Positions 11,810-24,960 of a stretch of DNA of 64,000 bases are shown here, in pieces; position 1 is the first letter of the stretch, and each line of letters begins with the position of its first letter. The translations under genes were made by a program, and so were the position numbers. The stretch covers positions 5,580,001 to 5,644,000 of the forward strand of contig CM075991.1 in assembly GCA_038087875.1 (NCBI GenBank), written 5' to 3'. The notes below the pieces were generated by a model. That model was not told where the DNA came from. It searched no databases and worked only from the letters and a program-made list of their open reading frames with translations. This DNA comes from Malacoraja senta. Its lineage: Eukaryota.

Positions 11810-13845
11810 TCTTATAATGGGAGATATAGGTAGGTTCATTCGCAGTTTTGAGAGGGAGAAGGTAAAATCAGAAGTGTCAGTATTGCAGCTGAACAAAGGG
11901 GACTATGGAGGCATGAGGGAGGAGCTGGCCAAAGTTGACTGGAAAGGGACCCTAGCAGGGATGACGGTGGAACAGCAATGGCAGGAATTTCTGGTAATAA
12001 TCCAGAAGATGCAGGATCATTCCATTCCAAAGAGGTGGATAGATTCTAAGGGGAGTAAGAGGCGACCGTGGCTGGCAAGGGAAGTCAAGGACAGTATAAA
12101 ACTAAAAGAGAAGACGTATAACGTAGCAAAGATGAGCGGGAAGCCAGAGGATTGGGACACTCTTAAAGAACAACAGAAGGTAACTGAAAAGGCAATATGG
12201 GGAGAAAAGATGGTGTACTAAGGTAAGCTAGCCAAGAATATAAAGGAGGATAGTAAAAGCTTCTTTAGGTATGTGAAGATGAAAAGATTAGTTAAGACAG
12301 AAATAGGTGAATTTATTATGGGGAACAAGGAAATGGCAGACGATTTGAACAGGTACTTTGGTTCTGTCTTCACTAAGGAAGACACCAACAATCTCCCAGA
12401 AGTACTAGGGGACAGAGGATCTAGGATGATGGAGGAACTGAAGGAAATTCACATTAGTCAGGAAATGGTGTTGGGTGGACTGATTGGACTGAAGGCTGAT
12501 AAATCCCCAGGGCCTGTTGGTCTGCATACCAGCGTACTCAAGGAGGTGGCTCTAGAAATCGTGGACGCATTGGTGATCATTTTCCAATGTTCCACAGATT
12601 CTGGATCCGTTCCTGTGGATGGGAGGAGAGCTGATGTTATCCCACATTTTAAGAAAGGAGGGAGAGGGAAAACAGGGACTTTCAGAAAACCTTTGATAAG
12701 GTCCCACACAGGAGATTAGTGGGCAAAATTAGAGCACATGGTATTGGGGGTAGGGTATTGATATGGATAGAAAATTGGTTGGCAGACAGGAAACAAAGAG
12801 TAGGAATTAACTGGTCCCTTTCAGAATAGCAGGCAGTGACTGCTGGGTTCCACAAGGCTCGGTGTTGGGACCGCAGCTATTTACAATATATATTAATAAT
12901 TTAGATGAAGGAACATTATCATAAAAGTAACATTAGTGAATTTGCAGATGACACAAAGCTGGGTGGCAGTGTGAACTATGAAGAGGATGGTACGAGGATG
13001 CAGGGTGACTTGGATAGGTTGGGTGAGTGGGCAGATGCATGGCAGATGCAGTATAATGCGGATAAATGTGAGGTTATCCAGTTTGGTGGCAAGAACAAGA
13101 AGGCAGATTATTATCTGAATGGTGTCAGATTAGGAAAAGGGTAAGTGCAATGAGACCTGAGTGTCCTTGTACATCAGTCACTAAAAGTAAGCATGCAGGT
13201 ACAGCAGGCAGTGAAGAAAGCTAATGGCATGTTGGCCTTCATAACGAGAGGACTTGAGTATAGGAACAAAAAGGTCCTTCTGCAGTCGTACAGGGCCCAG
13301 TTGAGACCACACCTGGAGTATTGCGTGCAGTTTTGGTCTCCTAATTTGATGAAGGACATTCTTGCTATTGAGGGAGTGCAGCATAGGTTCACGAGGTTAA
13401 TTCCCGGGATGGCAGGACTGTCATATGATGAAGGAATCGAACGAATGGGCTTGTATTCACTGGAATTTTAGAAGGATGAGAGGGTATCTTATAGAAACAT
13501 ATAAAATTATTAAGGGATTGGACAAGCTAGATGCAGGCAACATGTTCCCGATGTTGGGGGAGTCAAGAACCAGGGGCCACAGTTTAAGAATAAGGGCATT
13601 TAGAACTGAGATGAGGAAAAACTTTTTCACCCAGAGAGTTGTGAATTTGTGGAATTCTCTGCATCAGAAGGCAGTGGAGGCCGATTCACTGGATGCATTC
13701 AAAAGAGAGTTAGATAGAGCTCTCAGAGCTAGCGGAATCAAGGGATATGGGGAGAAGGCAGGAGCGGGGTACTGATTGAATGGCAGCACTGGCTCAAAGG
13801 GCCGAATGGCCTACTCCTGCACCTTTTTCGTATGTTTCTTTGTTT
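11810..13845 (+). mobile_element. CR1/HER1 LINE ORF2 remnant with internal deletions
   Basis: LNRYFGSVFTKED, KSPGP, FADDTKL, RPHLEYCVQFW; the RT 'NYRPVSLTS' block is missing at about 12680; multiple stops. Confidence 0.92.
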
Positions 13846-14511
13846 CACTGATAAATCATTTTACCATGCAAGTCTTTGTTGAAAACAATAATTAAAATCC
13901 CTTTTCTCTTTCTCAGTGTTCAACACAGAAGACCAAGGCAGGAAAACATTTCATTGAGAGCTACTGCCCATACAATTAATCATCTACAGATGTAAAATTA
14001 ATTTTTTGCCAAACCTGTATAAATTAGCATTGTATTTTACTGTTGAAAAGAAACAGCTCAGGAAATATTTACTGGGTAATAGATAAATCGAGTAACACCT
14101 CACAATAAAGTGGAGTATATTTAACCAAGAAAAGTCTTTTCCCAAGTCATTATATCACTGAGAACATCAAAAACATCTGTCAATTTGATGTTTCGTGTCA
14201 GTTTAATATGGTTGCAGAAATATTCTGAAGATGACTAATGTGTCGTGGAGCACTAGTACATATTTTTCATGGCAAGTCTTCCCGTGATGCCACATTTCTT
14301 TGCCTTAAGGATGGCAATTTCACTCCAACAAAACAAAGGCATCAATGATTATCAAAAAAAGGTTCAAATAAATAAATATAATTTTCTCATATATATCCAT
14401 TAAAATGTAGTCATTTTAAGAGTTTACTTTGCCGATATTGGCTCCTGGTGGAAGATATTATATTCCAGAAACAGCAAAATATACAAAAAAAATGAAGATA
14501 TGAAGGTGGTG

Positions 14512-14737
14512 AGCGCTAGAGACCCAGGTTCGATCCTGATTATGGGTGCTGTCTGTATGGAGTTTGTACATTCTTCAGGAGCTCCGGTTTCCTTCCACAC
14601 TACAAAGATATACAGGTTTGTAGGTTAATTGGCTTGGTAAAATTGTAGGATAGCGTTAGTGGACGGGGATCGCCGGTCGGCGCGAACTCAATGGGCCGAA
14701 GTGTCTGTTTCTGCACTGTATCTCTAAACAAAATTAA
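14512..14737 (+). mobile_element. HE1-like V-SINE
   Basis: GGTTCGATCC box B, V-domain, CR1-like 3' tail 'ctgtatctctaaac'. Confidence 0.75.
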
Positions 14738-16135
14738 AGTAGAATCATTGCTAAACTCAAGATTCCCGACTTCTTGAGCTGCAAAATATCCAAGGTGACC
14801 AAAAGAGAATTGTCAGAGACCATGCAAGGGCTTTATATTCTTTAGGCCTGCTTCAGATTTCCTCTACTTTCCTTGCATGTAGACAGATGTTTCGAGGTAT
14901 GTAGTTATTCTCGTCAATACATGCATGAATGCAAGGACAAGCATCAAGTAGCAATAGCAGTGAATCTGCTTCCTGCCAAATTCACCATCATACCAGCAAA
15001 CGTATTAAATGTGGTTTACAGTAAATTGGCAGCATCTTCAATGATACTTTGCAACCAGATGAGAGATTTTTAGTTGCAGATTTATTCTTTTACTGGTCTC
15101 ATCAGGATTCATGGGTAAAACCAAACTACATTAAAAAAGCATGTTACTTTTGAAAAATATCTCTTGTTAATTTTTCCATCGGAGTTCAAGTTCAACTGAG
15201 ATAATGGAAAAATTTAAGTACCATGAAACCTCTCACAGTAAAATGGAGTATGCTTCACCCAGAATTTTTTTTTCCCAAGTCATCCAATCTTTCTTCTAAC
15301 AGTGCACCTCAGTACTTTAAAAGCTTACAGGGATAAAAGTGCACAGTTAAAAGCCAGAGAATGTCAAGATGAATAGCTTTAATCATATCCATTTGATTTT
15401 CCCTCAGCAAATATATAAAGTGCTGCATCAACCAAGCAGATTTTACCAGTGTTATTTATCATTCCAACCATCCTATAGATACCCAGCTAATGCGCAGTAG
15501 TTTCAGCCTGGAACTGGTCAATAATCAAGGCTAAAGTTTGTGAAGTGAAGCCTCTGACAGAGTGTGCATATTGCAGTTAGTATTTTCCTTTAGTTCAACT
15601 GCTCTTCCTCTTTTTTCCAAAATTCCCTTCACATACATGACAGGGTAACATCGCCCAACCTTGTAACCCAAGGCACAATGATAGCAGTCGCAATTGAAAT
15701 GTAAGGTTGTGGTTTCAAACCCCCTAGGAAAACCATCGCATAATTCCCTCTATTCACCATCACCACTGCTTTTTGTCCCTGAGCCAACATTTAGTATCAA
15801 TGCCACTACTGTCACTTTAAATCACTGCATATTAATTCTATCAATGAAGTGGCATGAGTCTATCTGTTAGTCAATGTTGCTTGCCTTGGGAGAAGGTATG
15901 AGCATCATACCTTCTCATGGTAGCTACATCCACACTGCGCAAGCGGATGCGGCAGCAGACTCTGCTTCCTGGTTCACCACTGATTCTTCACTTAGTGTTT
16001 CTGATGGCTCTTCACGATAACTGCACCAAACCTTGACCTGGCTTCTCCAGACTAAATGGTTGTGGGCTGGGTTCTCCCAGATGTCAATGTGAATGCCGAG
16101 TTTCTTGATATTTTGCTCACCCAGTCATTATTTCA

Positions 16136-17120
16136 GAGGTGGACACAAAATGCTGGAATAACTCAGCGGGACAGGCAGCATCTCTGGAGGGATGGAATGG
16201 GTGACATTTCGGGTCGAGACCCTTCTTCAGACTGAAGTCAGGGGAGTGGGCAGGACAGAGATAGAATGTAGTCAGAGACAGTAAGACTGGTGGGAGAACT
16301 TGGAAGGGGAAAGGACAGAGAGAGGGAAAGCAATGTTCATACCGCTGAGATGTAAGCTACCCAAGCGAAATATGAGGTGCTGTTCCTCCAATTTGCGCTG
16401 GGCCTCACTCTGAGAATGGAGGAGGACCAAGACAGAAAGGTCAGATTAAAAACTCAAATGGCAACTCAAATTTCACTGCACCAATTGGTGTAAGTGACAA
16501 TAAATGTCCTTTGTCCTTTGATTGGGAATGGCAGGGGGAGTTAAAGTGCTGGGCAATCGGGGGATCAGATAGGTTCAGGTGGACTGAGCAGAGGCGTTGA
16601 GCGAAACGATCGGCGAGCCTACGCTTGGTCTCGCCAATGTACAGGAGTTGACACCAAGAACAGCGGATACAGTAGATGAGGTTGGAGGGGGTGCAAGTGA
16701 ACCTCTGCCTCACCTGGAAAGACTGTTGGGGCCCTTAGATGGAGTCGAGAGGGGAGGTAAAGGGACATGTGCTGCAGCTCCTGCGATTGCTGGGGAAAGT
16801 ACCTGGGGAAGGGGTGGTTTGGGTGGGAAGGGACGAGTTGACCAGGGAGTTGCGGAGGGAATGGTCTCTGCGGAAAGCAGAAAGGGGTGGAGGTGGGAAG
16901 ATGTGGCCAGTAGTGGGGTCCCGTTGGAGGTGGCGAAAATGTTGGAGGATTATAGGCTGTATGTGACAGCTGATGGGGTGGAAGGTGAGGACAAGGGGGA
17001 TTTGGTCCTTGTTACGAATAGGGGGAGGGGTAGCAAGAGCGGAGCTGCGGGATATCGAGGAGCCTAGTGAGATCCTCATCTATAATGGAAGAGGGGAACT
17101 CCCGTTTCCTAAAGAACGAG
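16136..17120 (-). mobile_element. Penelope-like retroelement fragment (GIY-YIG endonuclease region plus pLTR)
   Basis: 'SNLIYCIRCSWCQLLYIGETKRRLADRF' GIY-YIG motif and 'IPLVLTFHP'; interrupted by a short LINE tail at about 16447-16519. Confidence 0.88.
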
Positions 17121-17989
17121 GACGTAAAAGAAGAGCTTTGGCCTTTCTCCACATCTATGGTTTTTCGCTCAGTTGTTGATTTGTACACTGAACGTTAGAA
17201 TTCCTAAGTCTATGCTCATATCCTGCCACAGGATCCCATCATTAATAAGCACAAAATATATAGTTAGGAATGGCATCCTGACAGGAAAAGGTGCATTTTA
17301 TTACCTTGGTTAGATGTCCGTTTTCCCAACCATCAGAATTGAGAGGTTATTTCATATAGTGATCAAGTTCCCAAACGTTTCATTTTGTCAAGGGCTAAAA
17401 TAAATCAATGCCCAATTAATGGAGTTCTCCAGCAATTATGCTATTATGTGAAATTCATGGTCTTTCAGTTTGTCCAATTAACAAAGTACAAATATTCCAA
17501 TAAACAATAATTAGAGCCAGGAAGCAGGAAATTCAAACTAATATTTTTTTGAGCCTACATTTTTGATGCCTTCCAGAATTGAGGCAAACATACAATCCCC
17601 ACATGGGGTTTGCTTAGACATTTAGGGCAGTACCAAATGGCAGGGACCATTCCCAACAGGACAAGGTTATAATATTTTTTTGAGGGCTTGTGACTAAGCA
17701 GGCTATCTAGATGCCAACCCTCCATATATATCCCCAATATTCTTCCTTCCACCCTCCCCAACACAACCTTTGCTATTTGCCAAGACAATAGATCTCCAAT
17801 GACAAGACAAAAATCAAGATGGCATCTCACCAGAAAACCACTGCACATTGAAGGAAATGCCAATAAAAATTTTTTCAGGGTGTTGTGATCCCTGTCGTGT
17901 TGGCACCAATGCCAACAGACTACAGTAATAATCTGACAAAATATTGTACGACAGTCATCTTCTTTCAGCAACAGACTGACAATCTTCAT

Positions 17990-18485
17990 ATCATAGAAAC
18001 ATAGAAAATAGGTGCAGCAGGAGGCCATTCGGCCCTTTGAGCCAGCACCGCCATTCATTGTGATCATGGCTGATCGTCCCCATGTCTGCCTTCTCCCCAT
18101 GTCCCTTGATTCCACTAGCGCCTAGAGCTCTATCTAACTCTCTCTTAAATCCATCCAGTGACTTGGCCTCCACTGCCCTCTGTGGCAGGGAATTCCATAA
18201 ATTCACAACTCTCTGGGTGAAAAAGTTTTTTCTCACCTCAGTCTTAAATGACCTCCCCTTTATTCTAAGACTGTGGCCCCTGGTTCTGGTCTCGCCCCAC
18301 ATTGGGAACATTTTTCCTGCATCTAGCTTGCCCAGTCCTTTTATAATTTTATATGTTTCTATAAGATCCCCCCTCATCTTTCTAAACTCCAGTGAATACA
18401 AGCCTAGTCTTTTCAATCTTTCCTCATATGACAGTCCCGCCATCCCAGGGATCAATCTCGTGAACATACGCTGCACTGCATCAAT
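17990..18485 (-). mobile_element. CR1/HER1 LINE 3' end
   Basis: 'VQRMFTRLIPGMAGLSYEERL...TQRVVNLWNSLP'; (ctatgttt)n tail. Confidence 0.9.
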
Positions 18486-18619
18486 CACAATCATCATTTG
18501 TGGTGATAAATGTGTTTTCATGGAAGCTGCAAATTAATCAATTGCTCGCCCTGATTATATTATAAATTATCTATCTTGTATTGGTTAAGGTTTTCACATT
18601 CACTCTTTGATACTGAAAT

Positions 18620-18880
18620 TCTGGGTACAGTGGCACTGTAGTTAGTCACTGTACATGACATGAGGTGAAATCCCATAACATAGATGAAGAATTAAAATTC
18701 AATTATTTTTATTCGTTTCAAATATGATATTAGTTATTAATAATGGTGATGATGGAAAGGCAGGGTAACTATAATAATTCACTGTGTTCACAAATATTTT
18801 TTAGGAAAGGAAACAACATATGCCTGCTTGCTCTGGCCGTTAATGCAATTCCAGATCTACTGTGATACATACGCCTTAAA
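18620..18880 (+). mobile_element. Old SacSINE1-like SINE (degenerate)
   Basis: Resembles the shark SINE core 'ggtgac/tgatgg...ttcac...ttaggaaaggaaa...tctggcc...ccagat'; related antisense copy at 26390-26690. Confidence 0.35.
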
Positions 18881-19764
18881 TGGCACGATCATATTAGCCT
18901 CCACCCCATCCCCGGCAGTACATTCCAGGCACCCTCTGTAAGAAACATACTCAGTTCAAGTGCAATGCGAGATCATGGGGGTTGTTGAAATCTTAAAACT
19001 GGTTGTTCCTATGGAGAGAGGGAGCGTGAAGAAGATAATGGGATTCACATTGGTGTGTTGCCAGAGTACAGCAATGCAAACCTATTTATCATGTGAGTGC
19101 CTTATAAAAGGCATTCCTGTGACAATGTGGTCTAAATTTCCCTCACAATGCTCCAAAAGCAGCGCTGCCTAGAGATTGATATACAATGTTTACTCATAAG
19201 GTACGACTGAACAACTTACAATGTGAAAGGAAAGATGACTCCAAGACAAACCTCACTGCAATAGTATTTCATTATGAAATGCTTCATAATATGAGGCATT
19301 ACTGAGTTTAGTTTCTTCCTGTTTTACAACAGTCAGAACAGAATTAAAACAATTTATTACCATACTTCTACAAGGCAATGCAATACTCTAGCATTGAGTT
19401 GTGTACTTTATAAAGACCAGGGACTAGAAATTCTTCAGCTTCTCACAAGGCTTGTTAAATTGTCACTTTATTTAGTTGAGATCAGGCTATGTTTGCTGCA
19501 GCAATTTTGTGCAGCCTACATGCACAGTAATATTTGCTCATGCACACAAAAGACCTTGCATCAGGAAACTCGCAATTAAGCGATTTTTCTTGCAGCTCCA
19601 CAACAGCAGAGTTGGCCGAGCGTATCTAGAAAGTTGCAGATCACTGGAAACAATGGTAGGCGTGGTTGTGATTGGGAGAGGCTCAGGATAAACTGGTAGA
19701 GAGGGTCAGACCAGTATTATAGTGGGAGGATTGTGAATGTTAGGACTTCGATCATTAGAGAGCA

Positions 19765-20050
19765 GTAGAATATAGAGTGGTACAGCACAGGAACAGGTCC
19801 TTCGCCCCGCTATGTCTGTGCTGAATATTATGCTAAGACCTGCTTTTATCTGTCTGCACATAATCCATGTTGCTCCATTCCCTGCATACCCAAGTGCCTA
19901 TCCAAAGATCTCTTAAATGCCACAATGGTATCTGCCTCCACCACCAACCCCAGCAGTGTATTGCAGGCACTCATTACCCTCTGTAAAAAAACTTGCCCCG
20001 CACATCTCTTTCAAACTTTGCCCCTCTCACCTTAAACATATGCCCATTGG
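19765..20050 (-). mobile_element. CR1-type LINE 3' end
   Basis: Antisense of the 3' end seen at 4500-4782 and 44255-44610. Confidence 0.65.
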
Positions 20051-23000
20051 TCTGTTTGATATTGGAGCGCTTGATACTGATCCCTGGAACTAATTGATTT
20101 TAAAGTGTTACTTCCACTCGGTAAATACATACAATGATGTATTTATAGAGTGTACAGACTGTGATATTTTACAGTAACACAAGGCCAAAACAGTTGATGG
20201 TTCATAATTGAAGAAGACTGTCTTGAGTTTTCATGACAATCTTGAACTTTGTACATCTGCATTGAAAATAAACTGTGCTTTGGCCTCAGATTTGTAGTCC
20301 AAGAGCTCTTCCATTATCAGCAATAATTGTAAATGATTCACAGGCCTCTTCAACAATTTATTCATATTTAGTGGAATATGTACATGTTGAAATATATGGT
20401 TTATGAATGATGTAGTGTGGGATGAAAATTAACTTTGGGGATAGGAAGTATAAAATAGAAAATTGGCTGGCATTTGTTGTTGCTCATATTGGTGGTCAAA
20501 TTTCACGGCCAACACGACTAAAAATGACAGTAATTCTTGATGAGTTGATGCATCTTAGCCACAGCTCCAGTTGTAATGCTGTTAATTGACTCCAATAAAC
20601 CCACTTCAGGATCCAATAATTAGCATTATTATTTGCAATAATTTGCAAATCCAAGGATATGCATTTTTGTCTACCTTCGATTTTCCAGCATCTGCAGTTC
20701 CTTCTTAAACATCAGGATCCAATAACCTCGGTTGGGTGGAAACAAAAGTGACACCTCATACAACCAGAAGGCTAGATGCCATTCAAACTTTGTACACACC
20801 CATTAAAATAAAAGACCCTTGAACTTACAAATATCTTGCAAGATATGAATACTTTCACAAAAAGACAAGAGCTGAAAATATGAGTAAAGAGGAGAATAAG
20901 ATGTGATTCCTTTGCGCAGTGGTTAAGAAACTACTTTCATACATCACTGTGAACTTTTAACAGTTATCTAATACATTAATTTGCCAGCCACAAGTCAAAA
21001 ATAAAACTTCAGACTAAATAAATGTTTACACGATATTAAACTGCTAATGTAGGAAGTGAGAAATTGGATTATGCTGCTGCAATATACCTCAAGTTTAAAT
21101 ATGCTCAGTGTAACTATTTATGTAAAAATCCAGGGAATTTCCCTCTATGTGGAAATATTCAGTTATTTGCAGTACAGCTATTGACCCTCTTTTTCAATTA
21201 AGCGTTTGAGGCAAATATGATATAACATGTAACGTATAGTACTGCTTTCAGCTTCATAGGAGCGGAGATTTGTGAAACATTTATAATATGTAGTTTCCAA
21301 TCCAATCCACCCATCTTTGTTATGTATAAGGAAACCCAAGCCCTGAAGAAAGCCACCCGGTCACAGAGACAACCTGCGAACTGTACACAGACAGGAAGGA
21401 ACCTAAGTCAATGGATTTGAAAATAGCGATCATGTGGCACCATTTTCAGATGTTACTGCTAAGTTCGTTGAACTAGAGCTGATGCAGGAACTCCACGAAT
21501 TGCACCACAGCTGCTCTATGATCATCTTAAATGGCAACACATTATGAGGACTCCTTCATGTTCCCATTTTGTATCATATGACCATTCCAATGTCCTCCAG
21601 TGTTTCTCCAGTGCTGAGTAACTGTACAACGAAGTTATTCTTACCAAATGAGTTGTGGACAGAGTATCACCAGCAACCCTCCCATACCTTCACTGTTACC
21701 TCTTGTCATAACCCAACAATCTAACTTTCACCTTTTATTTCTCATTCTTTTTTGCCAAGTAGCAGTAACATCTGAAAAATGTATCACACAAACGCAGAGA
21801 ACACTCAGTTATTCTTCATTGCATTTTCCTTTTGCCTTTCCATTGACTTTAAATTGTCAAACTGCCTGATAGACGTATGGCACTGAACGGTCAGATCTTT
21901 ACTTCAATTGAATATTGGGAAGGTTGCTGTCGGCATAAATGATTTCTTGACCAATGATTCCATTTCTTTCCCTGGCATCAATGCGAACACAAGCTGAACT
22001 TTTTGAAAGCTTGGTACCCTGCTTGACCCCGAGATGATCTAAGGAACAAGTGTCCAAACCATCAATAAAGCTTCATTTTTCTATTTCCATCACATCACCC
22101 GTCTTCACAACTGCCTCAGCTCATCAGCTACTGAAACGTTAGTTCATGGCTTTGTTACCTCTAGATTTGACTATTCTGTTATTCTGACACTTTTGGCTGG
22201 CCTCTTGTGTCACTCTTTGAGTGCCCATCCCCTTTTGCAGTGAACACCCCTGTCCTTGCAGAGCAGCATTGGCTCTAGTAATCAAAAAACAGCCCAGTTC
22301 TAATGTTTCAATCATTTTCTTCTTTTCTATGGCTCTGTAATCCATTGAGTTCAACAACCTTTGGCGATCTCAGTGCTCCTCCACTGAAATGCAGAAGCTA
22401 TATATAGCTATGTGGCTATAAACGACATTGTGTGAGGAATTAGGTAAATACGCATCCTTTGGTTAATTACTGGTATTATATATGAGAATCAGATAATTTT
22501 TACTTACAATGGAACTATTTGACATTTTCTATTTCTAAGAGATTGAACACAACTGACCTGATGTAAAATAATGTAGATTAATGAATCATTAGTAGATAAC
22601 CAGCTTTTCATGGAGACAACTGATAAGTTGTTCACTTCTGCTTCATATTTTTATCTAATAGGACATGACTTATGAAGTCAGCATAATTACTTCCATCAGA
22701 CTGCTATATGTTATCAGAATAAACATCGTGTCGAAACACCTCATTTAGGCCTATCAACAATACAGCAATTTTACAAAGTAAAAGCAAATAGTAATAATTT
22801 TCATTGCTTTTAAATTAGTCTTGACAAAAGAAAATCCATCATTCCCTTTATTTGGGATTTGCATCAATTCAGGGTTGAGCAGTCAACTCTTTCTCTCTCT
22901 CCCCCTCTCACATATCCACACACATGCATGTGCGCTCACACATACACACCCAACGTCTTGTTTCCATGACAGCACAGATCATAATGACAAACTTAATTGG

Positions 23001-23564
23001 ACGACTGCCATGACAGTCACCACCATGTGTTTGAAATGGGAGAAGCTATGTTGATGAGGGAAATATCTGTGTTTTGGTAAGTGAATTTGGTGACAGCCAA
23101 GCTGCATCCATTCATCCAGTAAAGTATAAATAGCATACCTATCCCAAGCACCTGCTTGTCATTGGCATGCCAATGTTGATTTGAGAATTTCAATTGCATG
23201 TCATATTTATTTTAAGTGCCACAGGATTGATTTTGTGTGTATTATCAATCTTAGCATTCATCTCAGAATCAATGCTGATCATAGTGCACAATGTCATCTT
23301 TACATGGCAGCTTCTCTGCAATTTAACACATAGATATGAAACATATGCAACCAGAGGAAGTAGTTGGGGTTATTTAAAATACATTTTGGCAGGTACATGG
23401 GTAGGAGCTGTTTCCATCGACATGGGCCAAACGTGAACAAATGGGACTAGTATGAATAGGCGTCTTGGTAAATTTGGGCTGACTCGCCCATTTCCTTGAG
23501 CAATGGTGCTTTATTTGTTACTTGTGGAATTGCAGAGTGAAATTCTTTTTGCATATTTACACAT

Positions 23565-23990
23565 GCCAAAACATGGCGCCATTTCCAAAGTCCATTTGGC
23601 CCACCCGCTGGATATACTAGAGCAGTTCCTGCAAACCGATGTCCCTCTCCTCATCCGGCCATCTGTGTCCCAGGGGCACCTCCTGCAGCTGTCCATGGAG
23701 GCATTAACCCAGTTTACCCTCCTACCGGTCCTTCCTCCTTGCATCTGACGTCTCCAGCACCCTCCCAGTCCCGCCTTGCGCCGAGCCTTCGTGCGTGTTC
23801 CTGGTCAGGAGCATTCCACGGCCCGCCGGGAATTTGGGTGGGTCCCACCGACCAACAAACTTTCGGGAGGATCTCGCCGATCACCAAGCCTTCAGGTCTC
23901 CTGGGGCGGGCATGGCGGCTGCGGAACCTCGTGAAGGCCTCCGCCGTCGGCCTGTTGTGCTGCGAGTTTCGAGCTCCTATTCAACAATGT
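23565..23990 (-). mobile_element. GC/CpG-rich interspersed repeat, unclassified
   Basis: Abrupt CpG-rich island in AT-rich background, ending (minus) in 'ggactttggaaatggcgcc'; no convincing protein. Confidence 0.3.
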
Positions 23991-24399
23991 CCAGGAAAAA
24001 GTGGGATCAGCTGTAAAATTGAATAATTGAATAATAATTGACGCTCAATATTTAGGGCTCTGGCTTGACAACCCGAATATTCTGAACCGACATTATTGAG
24101 AGGGATTGAATTACCTCATTTTGCCTCAGCTCAAATTTGCCTTTTTTTGACGCTTGTCATGGGAGCTTTAGCAGTGGGCTCAAGGAGCTGAAGGACCCAA
24201 GGGTAAAGAAGTCAAGGAAAGAAAGCAAGGAACTATTCAGCTAAGAGGACCTTGCCAATATGTGCCTTCCAGGGATTATGCTCCCGTTTTCATCTGTCTA
24301 AAGATCAAAGTATCCAAAGTATCTGAGCTTTTCTAATGTAATGGTAACAGTAATATAACTCCTTCAACTATTGGAGAGCGGTTAATATTTTCTCATAGA

Positions 24400-24960
24400 T
24401 TGGAAGAAGCAGAATAGCATAAATTATGAAGGAAGCAAAATGTAAATAGTATATTTAAGTTTGCTTTGTTCGAAGTATTTTGGAATTATTAAAGGATTCA
24501 GCCAGCCTACATCTTAGAAATTGAAAGTAGAAGCAGAGAAGACCAGAGAATCTGTCCAAGTATCAGAATTAAAGGCATAAATTATGAGGATGTTTGATAC
24601 ATTTGGTTTGTATTCAATAGTGAAGATCCAATAAATGATTGAATGTAAATGTTTAAAATGATAAAATGTTTTTCACAAAATAACTTCAAGAAAATGTTTA
24701 CTGCTTGTGGGAGCACAATGAACTAGGGTGGCGAGTCTTAAAATTAGAAAGATATCATTCAGAATGATATCTACAGACAATCCTTTTGAGGGCAGCACAA
24801 ATATGAACAGCTAAGTGAACCTTTCAAGACTGAGGTAAATAATGTTTTCTTATTCAGGGATCCAAATCAAAAGTAAATAAATGAGGTACAAATTAGTGAT
24901 AATCTTATTGAACATGCAACAACCACAGGGAACTGGATTTCCCGACCCTGTTCCTAATTT
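24400..24960 (+). mobile_element. Highly decayed CR1-like 3' region
   Basis: Residual similarity to the CR1 3' end ('cttaaaattag', 'ttcaagactgagg', 'cctgttccta'). Confidence 0.4.

Noticed and set aside
22970..23085. Plus-strand candidate exon ending in gtaagt
   Set aside because: Stops in all three frames from the candidate acceptor
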